NCBI GenBank assembly: GCA_054600435.1
Contig: BAAIJX010000038.1
Location: forward strand, 124,001-188,000
DNA length: 64,000 nt
Reading direction: 5' to 3'
Source: Neophaeotheca triangularis
Lineage: Eukaryota
Each line of letters opens with the position of its first letter. Position 1 is the stretch's first letter. The position numbers and the translations under genes are program-made. Below, piece after piece: positions 22,185 through 31,676 of the stretch. The notes beneath the pieces are model-generated. The model was not told where the DNA came from. It saw only the letters and a program-made list of their open reading frames with translations, and did not search any database.

Positions 22185-22987
22185 TCGCGAGACTCGAAAG
22201 GCGCAGCACCCGGAGAAGATGCCAAGTTACGCCGAGGTCTTTAACCCACGAGGCCCGCGACAAGTGAGCACATGCCAAGGCTCTGACTAGAGACATCTGC
22301 GTAGCAAATCATACACTGTAGCGTCATCATTCCATACCAAAGCCATGGACAGTGTATGTGCGGCTTGCCTACCTCCTTAGTGACGTTCGTGCACCCCAGG
22401 CTTGCTTTCTCCTTTTACACCTCACCATCAAGTTCGCAACAGCTTGGCAAACTCCTTGTCTTTCGCAAGGTACCTAGGTAAAAGCTACACGCCATCCTCT
22501 AGAGCGACGTTCGGCTGGTCGGTACCTGTACCCGAGCAGATTTAGAGGGTCTGTGCGTGCTGAGACAAGCAAACTCCTGGCAACTTTAATCTGACCGCAC
22601 TTTGCGACCGCAATGTCGAACAGCACAACGGACCGCTGCTTCACCGTTCCCCTTAATCTCCCACGCTTTTGTCGTTTCTGAGTCCCTCCAAGCAGGCGCA
22701 AAAAGGAATGAAGCCACGCGCGCTCTACACCGCATCGTTGCCAATTTGCTCGTTTGGGCTCGGCGCCTGCAACCACCCGGCGGCGTCGGCATCGGTTTCT
22801 ACACCATGGTCATCACATCAGCAGCTGTTGCCCAATCAACCGCTTCGGTTCCCTTTCACTAGTCTCAGTCTGGGACCAAGGATCGTCTATAAGCAGCATA
22901 GGCAGTCCGAAAGGCTAGGTAGTTATATCCTCCCATTTCCCGTTCTCGCTTTGCAAACCTTTCCTACAGTTGCACATTGGTGGAAGT

Positions 22988-23789
22988 ATGGCACGGAACA
23001 AACGCAAGTCCACCAACCGTCGTCGCCCTTCCGGCGGAGGCGGAGATGGCACCCAACCCAACGATCCCAACAACCCCAATCCAGCCAACATTCCCGCCAC
23101 CACTACTCTCACCACTGTCAACGATACCGGCTCCAACACCCCTTGCCGCACCAACAATGTCCAGGACGAAGCCAGTGACAGCAAAGACGAACGCCTTGAT
23201 GTGTGGAGTATGGCTGGTGATTACTTCCGTAAACGCTTGACCGTAGGAGCACCCTTTACAGTTGTCCACTGTGCCAAACGCTAACTGCTGTCCAGGTGCT
23301 CCAGAATCTTGCCATGCAGGATGAAATCATGACCGGACTCTCAGAGGTCCTCAGTGCCTTCGCGATGCACGACGCTAGGTTTCTGGCTGAAGACCCCAAC
23401 ACAACAGAATTCACGGTCGGTACACAGTACACTTACCTCCTCAACAGTCTTAGCCTGGCTAACGAAGCTTCAGTTCCTCGAGCAGCTACTTGTGTTGCGC
23501 GAGTTCGCCGAAAAAGCTTCCGAGTGCGAAGTAGCCGTGAGAAGCATATGCCATCGACTTGCTGCTGTGGATCGCATGGCTACGGGGGGCGGGCTATGGC
23601 CTAATGTAAGACCCTAAGACTACCGGGGTTTCAATCACCTGCACACTAACCTTTGCGAAGACCCACAGGATCCTCGGATCTGCAAAGCCAGCACTGCTTG
23701 CAGCACAGGGAGCCCTAGGAGAGTTGGCCATCAGGTTCCAGCACGAGGTCAACATCACGGAGTCCGCGGCGCGTTACCGCGGACTCTAA
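22988..23789 (+). CDS. Orphan 4-exon protein with basic N-terminus
   Basis: ATG 22988 (MARNKRKS). Three short introns with GCTAAC/ACTAAC branch sites. Stop TAA at 23787-23789. Confidence 0.55.
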
Positions 23790-24134
23790 GAAAAGGCGTA
23801 GCAATGACGAGTCCTCGGGACATGGACCTATGGTTTGACGGAGGACGAGGAGTATGGTAATAAGGGTTTGCTTTTCAAGTCTGTCGCTACCGATGAATGT
23901 TCACTGGGGTTTTTGTGCAATCTTGCAGGCATGGCGTTAATCTGACACTTTTTGCCACCCGTTTTCACGCGTCTTCGTTTACTTCGAGCCTGGCCAGCAC
24001 CTCGAGCGTTATAGCCGTGTTACCTTCGACGTAGCGGACACGACCCTCGACACGTAACTTTAAATAAGTACACCCCGCTGATCCTCATTAGGTCTCTTCC
24101 TCATCCTACGACAACCGCAAGTATCACCTCTAGC

Positions 24135-25286
24135 ATGTCAGCCAATCAGCCCAAGCTCTGCGACAAGCAGCGCCCGGAGCAAGGAGCCGACACTACATTC
24201 GCCACGGCCAGGCTCTCGTCGAGCAATCCGCTACCCCCTACTACTACGAACGCGAGCTACATCGATCTGACCGGCGACGTTACTCCGCGATCCACACCTC
24301 CACCTACCGCAAATCGATCATTCGCCGCTCCAGTAACGCCTGTTACGCTAGCAGACTCTATGGCCGGAATCAGAGAAGGAGTCCGCGATCTCCACTCCTA
24401 CCCCTTCACGGGATCGTCAACTACCTCGGACCCCTTTACCTCTACAGACAATCTTGACGAAGAATGCAAAATTGACCTGGCCAAAGGCAAGAGAACGCTA
24501 CCGTCCGTGGATAAGCGCTCATTCGGCTCCTCAATCCTCGCCACTTCTTCGCCACATCTACACGGATGCAATGACGAGGGCGTCTCCGAATGTGCCATGG
24601 CTCCCATCAGGTCCGACTTCGCGTCCATTAGTCCACCACCCATGAACGGCCGCCGAACTCGTCACACCTTCTCCCCTACCTCAAAGCCACGACTGCGCAA
24701 CCTGAACGAGCAAACGACTCCCGCATATGGCGATTCTCTCCTTATCCCTAGCACCCCACCAACCGCATCACCGCGACATTCCCGATCCGATAGTCCTTAC
24801 ACTACCGAGGAGGCCGTCCCCGAACGCCAGAATGGTAGGCTAGGCAAGCGCAAGAGAGATGTGGATAATGGTGGGGCCCTTGCAGCCAAGTTTCTGCGAG
24901 AAGGTGAGGATGGCCGTTGGATGAAGGTGGCAGAGGAAGTCATATCAAGAGTGGACGAGCACGGCGCCATTGTGACGGACGCTTTTGGATGCGCTCTCCA
25001 TCTCAAGGTCGAAATCCAGTTCGCTATCGACAGCATCGACCGCGGAAAGATCGATAAACCCAACTTTTCCATGCGCTATGCGGGGGGCGCTGCCGCGATC
25101 TACCGCGCGGAGACCCTTAGGCCTGCAGCCATTCCCGCATCAGGTTGGGCGGCGAAGCCCGCTGGCCGCAAAGGATGGCAGTGGACTACGGAGCTCGCAG
25201 ATGCCACGAATGCGGACAAATTCACCCCGGCCCAGCGCTTTAGGCGTGCCGTGATGATGTACGGAGAGATGCGAGGTCGCAAATAG
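24135..25286 (+). CDS. Orphan 383-aa protein with SIM-like YIDLTGD and KRKR NLS
   Basis: Intronless ATG ORF: S/T/P-rich N-terminus and a globular-looking C-terminus. Confidence 0.7.
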   Translation: MSANQPKLCDKQRPEQGADTTFATARLSSSNPLPPTTTNASYIDLTGDVTPRSTPPPTANRSFAAPVTPVTLADSMAGIREGVRDLHSYPFTGSSTTSDPFTSTDNLDEECKIDLAKGKRTLPSVDKRSFGSSILATSSPHLHGCNDEGVSECAMAPIRSDFASISPPPMNGRRTRHTFSPTSKPRLRNLNEQTTPAYGDSLLIPSTPPTASPRHSRSDSPYTTEEAVPERQNGRLGKRKRDVDNGGALAAKFLREGEDGRWMKVAEEVISRVDEHGAIVTDAFGCALHLKVEIQFAIDSIDRGKIDKPNFSMRYAGGAAAIYRAETLRPAAIPASGWAAKPAGRKGWQWTTELADATNADKFTPAQRFRRAVMMYGEMRGRK

Positions 25287-25537
25287 TTGAGTGCACGTAG
25301 GGAGGAAGACGACGGAGCGAGGAGAAGGAAGACGCAACGACAAGGGTGAGCAAGCACGGGAAAGGAAGGCGGAGGGCAAGGAGTCAGGATAAACTTACCA
25401 TCATCATCAGTAGAATCGAACACCAGCTTTACTGCCTCTCATCAGAAAAAAAAAACCATGTTCCTGCCTCTATGCCTCAGAAATTGCCAAGAAAAACCTG
25501 AGGCCGCCATGTTTGAGAAAGGGGGTAAGAGATTGGG

Positions 25538-25608
25538 GGTCTAGTGGTATGACGCATCCTTCACATTTTCACCGGATGAGGCCCCGGGTTCGAGACCCGG
25601 CGTGACCT
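25538..25608 (+). tRNA. tRNA-Val(CAC), 5'-truncated (pseudo), with 7-nt intron-like insert
   Basis: D-arm GGTCTAGTGGTATGAC, anticodon stem CATCC/GGATG with loop TT-CAC-A[TTTTCAC]C, T-arm CCGGG-TTCGAGA-CCCGG, 3' acceptor strand CGTGACC. The upstream AGATTGG cannot pair with it and U8 is missing. Confidence 0.8.
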
Positions 25609-26279
25609 AAATCTATCACCCTCTCGCGAATTAGCATCACGATTGGGTACGTTCTTTTTTCTCCAGCGTCAGCCCCACGCTTTCCTTTTTGTTGTCCACC
25701 GACGACGACGTTGAGCTTGCTGTGTGGTGAAGAGGTCGAGATTCATTGCCCTCGGCTTACCCTTGATTCGCGAGGCGTACCATAGGAATGAATACTCAGT
25801 CGGTGCAGACAAGGCCTTGGAAAAACCATGTATTGCATTGTTGGGTAAGGGCGTTTCTGTATGGGCATTGAGCTTCTCAGTGGCATCAGCGGACACGGCA
25901 TTTGATGGATTCCTAAGTATCTGAGAGTTAGGCTGTACCGTCCCCTCGCACGGAAACCGGTCAAGAAATGAAGTAAATGAAAATTTGCACTTGCATCGTA
26001 TGAACATTGTAGTATGGCATTGGTATTGAAGGGCTATTGGCGTCACCTATTGAGAACTTCAAGGTGCATCCTTTGTCCCAATCAATGCTTGTGCGAAGAC
26101 AAGTATTTCGCATAGAGCTCGACGCAATTCGCATCTTTCTGAACCCATCCTTTGCGCCTGACGTGCCATTGTGAACCGTCAGCCTACAAAAGCCACAAGG
26201 AGTCCAAGTCGATGTCGAGAACCATGTCTCGAAATTGCCTGTAGCCCTCTTAAAACATCCTTTTCTCAGACTATTTACC

Positions 26280-27926
26280 TTAACGCCGCCCAAATCTCCC
26301 CCCACCCCTCCCACCCCTAGGCGCGTACCTCTCACCCCCCATGGTCCCGCCGCCGCGGCCAAAACTCCCAAAATCTTGCCCGCCATCCACAAGCCTATCG
26401 CCGTCCTCAAACGTATAGCGCTTGACCTGATCGAGTGGGCCACCGACTTCGGCGCCTCCGGTGTTGAGCCAGTCTTGGCTCGTTTCGCGGTCGAGTTCTT
26501 TGAGTCGGTCTTCGCGAAGGGTCGGGGAGACGGGTTTGAAGTAGATTTTGGGCTTGGAAATGGTCGATTCGAAGAGGGTGTCTAGGTGGGTTGTTGGGGG
26601 CTCGAGGGGGGAGATTGGGTCGTCGGCGGTGGTGGTTGCGGGTGGATTGGTGGTAGTGGTGGTGAGGTTTGAGGGTCTGCGGGCGCCGCGTGGGCCAGAG
26701 GGCGCATTGGGCATGCCTTGGCCTGGACCTGTAGGAATCTCGCGCAGCACAGCGGTGATGAGGTCGGTGTCCGTGGGCGCGGGCTCGTATGTTATTTCCC
26801 AGCGTTTGGCGTCGCGTTTGCTGTGGGTGGCGTCTTGTTCTGTGCTGATCCACTCGCTGACTTTGTCTTCTGGGACGTAATCTACCCAGAGTGGCTTGCG
26901 GGTTTGGTCGGGCCAGAGGTTGCCGTGGAGCTGGGTGCGGACGCTGGCAGCTGCGGCGAGAGAGGTGAAGGTTGCAAAGGCGTGAGTGCGGAGTTGGTCG
27001 AGGTAGAGGTCCTCGAGTTTGCCTTCACCGTTGGCGGTAGAGGCCAGGTAATCGCGGAGTTGCTGCTCTTGAAGCGGGCGAACTAAGTTGCTGATGTAGA
27101 GTGCGCGTGTTTGTGTGTGTACTGAAGGTGGCGCTGCATCCTCCATTTCAGTGTCTTGTTCGTGGGTGGTTGATTGTTCTGTGGTGTCTTGGGTCTGCGC
27201 ATCAGGCTGAGGCCTCTGCATTAGCTTCTTCATTCTGCTGAGATGGCAGCACACTCTTAGAGCGTCTGCCGAGGACTCCAGTCTCACCTGATAGTCCTTC
27301 ATGGCTTCCATGGTGTCGTCGCTGGTACTCATGGGTATGGAAGTCGTGTCCGGTTTTGCGTCAGTCCCAGGAACCTCACCTACCACAGGCGCTGGGGCTT
27401 CCTCGGCAACTTCTTCACTTGATATGTTCTCATGGGGCTTGGCGGCGTCTATGTCAAGCTCATTTACTTCACTGGCGGCATCCTCAGGCTCCATTGGCTT
27501 CACTTCGCTGCTCGCGGCATCCTCTGCAGTCTTGACTTTCTTGGCTTCGGCGGTGCTGGGGCTAGCTGACCGCGACTGGCTCCCTCGCTTCCTCTTGCGT
27601 GATTCTGGCGAAGCTTCCTCAGGGGCCGGGGATCCAACAATTGGGGTCGTGGTTTCGACTGGGTTTTCTGCCTCGGGCGCTGCAGGTTCATCGTCTCTCT
27701 CCTGGCTTACTTCCCCAGCTGCTGTCTCTTGAGCCTCCTCGGCTGGCTCCTCTGTAGCGGTCGCACCGAGTTCTTGCTCTTCGCTTGCCGCAGGTTCAGC
27801 CTTGCTGTCATCTTCCTCAATAGCTTCGACAATCTGAGCTTTGCGCGTGAGACCAGTGCTTGCGATACCGCGGCGCTTCAGTTCCTCGCGCAAGTCCGCG
27901 ACCTTCATCGTGTTATAGTCGGTCAT
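26280..27926 (-). CDS. SAP-domain and RRM protein (Acinus-like)
   Basis: N-terminal SAP (MKVADLREELKRRGI..KAQIV) and ACINUS-type RRM (ALYISNLVRPL..RTHAF..LHG.LWP..KPLWVDY). In-frame intron near 27287-27220. Confidence 0.9.
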   Translation of the reverse strand: MTDYNTMKVADLREELKRRGIASTGLTRKAQIVEAIEEDDSKAEPAASEEQELGATATEEPAEEAQETAAGEVSQERDDEPAAPEAENPVETTTPIVGSPAPEEASPESRKRKRGSQSRSASPSTAEAKKVKTAEDAASSEVKPMEPEDAASEVNELDIDAAKPHENISSEEVAEEAPAPVVGEVPGTDAKPDTTSIPMSTSDDTMEAMKDYQVRLESSADALRVCCHLSRMKKLMQRPQPDAQTQDTTEQSTTHEQDTEMEDAAPPSVHTQTRALYISNLVRPLQEQQLRDYLASTANGEGKLEDLYLDQLRTHAFATFTSLAAAASVRTQLHGNLWPDQTRKPLWVDYVPEDKVSEWISTEQDATHSKRDAKRWEITYEPAPTDTDLITAVLREIPTGPGQGMPNAPSGPRGARRPSNLTTTTTNPPATTTADDPISPLEPPTTHLDTLFESTISKPKIYFKPVSPTLREDRLKELDRETSQDWLNTGGAEVGGPLDQVKRYTFEDGDRLVDGGQDFGSFGRGGGTMGGERYAPRGGRGGGRFGRR

Positions 27927-28517
27927 GTTGTTAGCCGCGCGATTATATTCCCGGAAGAATTAAGATATTGATGTAATATGTTGGAAGTAGAGATGTGCGC
28001 ATCTGCCAATGCTAGGTAAGGTCTCGAGGTCAAGCAAAAGGGCCAAAGTTAGCTCCTCCAAAAAGCTCACAAAGCTGCTGACCTCGGCCGGCGAACCGAA
28101 AATGCATGGACATGGACGTTCTCACCCGCTAGTCCTAGCGCGGCGACGTCAGATGCACGGGATGCAGGCACCGGCTCGTGCCGATAGGGCAACCTCGCAC
28201 TGGAGGTTGCGTGGATGCCACTAGTACTACTGTGCCAGGGTCCCGATACCATGGATACCTTATGTCTCGTGGTACAGCTGGCCGTCTCGTCTTGCGATAA
28301 CAACTCCTCTTCCTCAACTACACACCAAACTGCCGAAGTCATCCTAGGTCTTGCAAGGGGCTAAGGAAAAGCTTCAATCAGATTCCGACTCCCAAACATC
28401 ACAGCCAGGGCGATGCGATAACGATATTCGGCGCATTCAGGGACAATCAATCCCTCGACCGCTGTAACGGCGACAAGCACCATCTGCATACCGTAGACCT
28501 CTTCAAACACCGCAAAG

Positions 28518-29833
28518 ATGAGCAAAATGTGGGAGGTCGACCCGGAGACCCGGAGCAAACTCGTGGCCATCCAAAAGACAAACGAAAACAGCAAATGCGT
28601 TGACTGCGGCGCACCCTCACCGCAATGGGTATGTCCTGCCTTAGCTCAGGGACCCCCTTTCTATTCGCACACACGCAGACCAGCTAACGAATCAACCCGT
28701 AGGCGTCTCCAAAGTTCGGCATCTTTTTCTGCCTCGCCTGCTCCGGCATCCATCGCAGTCTAGGCGTGCACATCTCCTTCGTTCGCTCCGTAACCATGGA
28801 CTCGTTCAAAAACAGCGAAACCGCGCGCATGTCGGCCGGCGGCAACAAACCCTGGAAAGACTTCTTCAACACCCACACCTCCAATACAATGCTCGACCGC
28901 AACTTCGACGACTGCACAATCTCCGAGCGCTACGATAGCGAAGCCGGTGAGGAGTGGAAAGAGCGACTCACCTGTAAAGTCGAGGGAACCGAATACGTAC
29001 CGGGTACTGCAGCGAGCAGCGGCATGCACGCAAAACAAAAAAAGGCCGCGACAGCCACCGACGCCTCCACACCGCCAGCAGGCCCCACCTCCGGCCGCAA
29101 CACCCCCAACCTCTCCCGCGTCTCCTCCCCACCCCAACGCAACGCCTCTCCCTCCCAGAAGTCCCGCAACGAAGCCTACTTCGCCTCCAAAGGTGCCGAG
29201 AATGCCTCTCGCCCGGACGACCTCGCGCCCAACCAAGGTGGTAAATACTCCGGCTTCGGCTCAGAGCCCGCACCCGCTTCCAACTCCTCCTCTCAAGCCT
29301 GGGACCAAGACCCCGTGGCCGCATTGACCAAGGGTTTCGGCTGGCTCTCCAGCACCGTCACTAAACAGGCTGCCAACGTCAACAAATCGTACCTCCAACC
29401 CTCTCTCAAACAAATACAAGACGGCGAGGCTTTTGCGCAAGCTCAACGAGCGGCGCAACAATTTGGGAAGGATGTTACTTACGGGGCCAAAGGGGTGGGG
29501 GAGCAGTTTAACCGTTTTGTGGACCCGGAGCATGCTGGGCAAGGGCAGCGCGATAGTGGAGTGGGGAGTGGGAGTGGCGGACCGGCGTTGTCGGGACGAA
29601 GGGCGCCGGAGCCGGAGAGGAAGGATTTTTGGGACTCTTTTGGCGCTGCGCCTGAAGGGCCGCCGAGGGAGAGGAAGGATTTTTGGGATGAGTTTGCTAA
29701 TGCGGGGGAGGCGAGGCAAGGGGGGTCCAAGGGGGCGAGTAGTATCGGCACTTCGGCTATGAAGACTGGGGGTGGGAGCAGTGGTGGTGGGGCCGCGAGT
29801 AAGAAGGAGGACGATGGGTGGGGGGATTGGTAG
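28518..29833 (+). CDS. gcs1: ArfGAP zinc-finger protein
   Basis: CVDC..PQW/ASPKFGIFFCLACSGIHRSLGVHISFVRS, intron 28629-28702, C-terminal DDGWGDW. Confidence 0.93.
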
Positions 29834-31079
29834 GTTTGGTTGTTGAGGTTTTGAGCATACAATATCCAGAAAATTGCGAGCTGTTCTCCGTCTCTTCTTC
29901 TTCGGGCCCGGATTGCCGGCTATTTGTACCTCCACACTTGATGGGGTGTGGCAGGAAAAGCTCAAATCCGTACTCAAGGCTCATCGGTGACTGCCACCAT
30001 ACCCAGTGTCGAGGATGGCCTTTTTCAGTGGACCTTGCTCGTGCAGCCCTCGAACTAAATTGACATGTCCAATCTCGACGAGGAGTGCTCACAGCAGTGA
30101 ACGTTAGTGCAGTTTGAGTTTGTTCTGCAATCTATTCTTTTCGCTCTTTCTAACTTGTATTTTGCCTCTTACAAGCACAAAGTTAAGGGTATATAATCAA
30201 TTAAGCAATTTCAAGCCCATCGATCAGAATCAATGCCTGGTAAACACCAGCTGAGTGTACGTGCCAAGAAATACCGATTGAGCAGAGAGTTCCCCTCTGA
30301 CACAATCCACAGGGCGCGTACGTTAAGACACCTCACTACCCACTACGGGAAATCAATCTCTGACTCATATTCCAGAGCGGAAGCGCGTAAGTTCAGTGAA
30401 GAGATTCATTATAGCACTAGTTCGAATCCTGACAAATTTCAAGGCCGGGCTCATAACCCGGAGGGCAATGGATCGAAACCATTCTCAGCTACAATTTCTT
30501 TTTGGTGATTTTTTAGACTCGGGTGAGAGTCTTCTGCTTTGTTTTGCATGGATAGCTGGTGTGATGGGAATAGAACGACCTTCTCCACCGCCTCCCTTGG
30601 GGGGAATTTCTTTTTTAACAGGTATGTACGCATAGTCGGGGGGGAGAAGCATGGCAGGGATGGATTTCACTACTTGTATACATGCAGTAAGATGCTTGTA
30701 ATTCTATAAGCTACACGATCAATCGATTCCTATTGATCCCACAAGATGAATACACTTCATCTGCGTCTTCTCTGTCTCCTTTCTCTATCGACTCACACGG
30801 CACGTGTGTTGAAATTGCTCTTTTCTTCCGTGCTTCGGCCAGACTATTATGGAGAGTGGAGACATGTAGTCGGAAGAACTTTATGCATTGCTTTGTGCAC
30901 TGCACAGTCAATGAGGGAGGGGGGCACTTTGTGCAACTTCGACGACAGCTTACCAACCTCAAGTCCTGTGCGTACCTAAGTAGTAGTCCTACCTACCTAA
31001 ATACTGTCCCTATCTTTTGTCGTCCGCAACCACATCACTCACACATTCCATTATACCTTTTATCAAACAAACAATCAAC

Positions 31080-31676
31080 ATGGCAGCGCCCCTCATCCCG
31101 AGCGAATACGGGCAAGTAGCCCTCAGCGATCTGAAACACTCCCCGCGAACCTCCCACCGCTGACAATCACATCCCAGCTATGTCGTCCTTACGACCGCCA
31201 GCACCTTCTTCGTACGGAGACACCTATTCTCCTATCTTTTCGTTCGCAAGCATGACTGACGAGTCCCCTAGGTCGGTCTCTGGCACGGCATCCGCGTGGG
31301 CCAGTTCCGCAAGGCCGCCGGCATAGGCTACCCCACCCCTTATGCGACCGAACAAGACATCGTCGCCGCCAAAGACAGCAACGACAAGAAGGCCATGTAC
31401 CTATTCAACTGCAGTCAGAGAGCTCACGGAAACTGGAATGAGAATCATCCAAGTTTTTGCATCGCCATGCTCATCAGCGGCCTCCAATACCCCCTAGCAA
31501 CGACAGCCATGGGCCTCGGCTGGACATTCTTCAGAATTCTGTTCGCGCTCGGCTACACGGACCCCAACAAGGAAGATGGCAAGGGAAGGTTGCGCGGGGC
31601 ACCGTTCTGGCTCTTCCAGTTCGGGCTCTGGGGGACTACGGTCTGGTCGGGGGTTAAGATGGTTGGCTGGGCTTAG
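31080..31676 (+). CDS. MAPEG family protein (microsomal glutathione S-transferase 3-like)
   Basis: EYGYV and FNCSQRAHGNWNE motifs. Introns 31112-31177 (GC-AG) and 31212-31271. Confidence 0.9.

Larger units (their letters stand above)
1..25537. mobile_element. Putative distal part of a large integrated element or accessory island (Starship-like, unconfirmed)
   Basis: Only orphan genes for 25 kb, ending at a broken tRNA and followed by core genes. No recombinase or transposase is seen in the window. Confidence 0.45.

Noticed and set aside
1..25537. Captain tyrosine recombinase, transposase, RT or viral hallmark genes
   Set aside because: No DUF3435/YR, DDE, RT, PolB or capsid motifs were recognised in any ORF, so the element class cannot be assigned from this window.
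30100..30950. AT-richer intergenic stretch with a weak hairpin (TTCTTCCG/CGGAAGAA)
   Set aside because: No TIR, LTR or recognisable ncRNA motif, and the pairing is too short.
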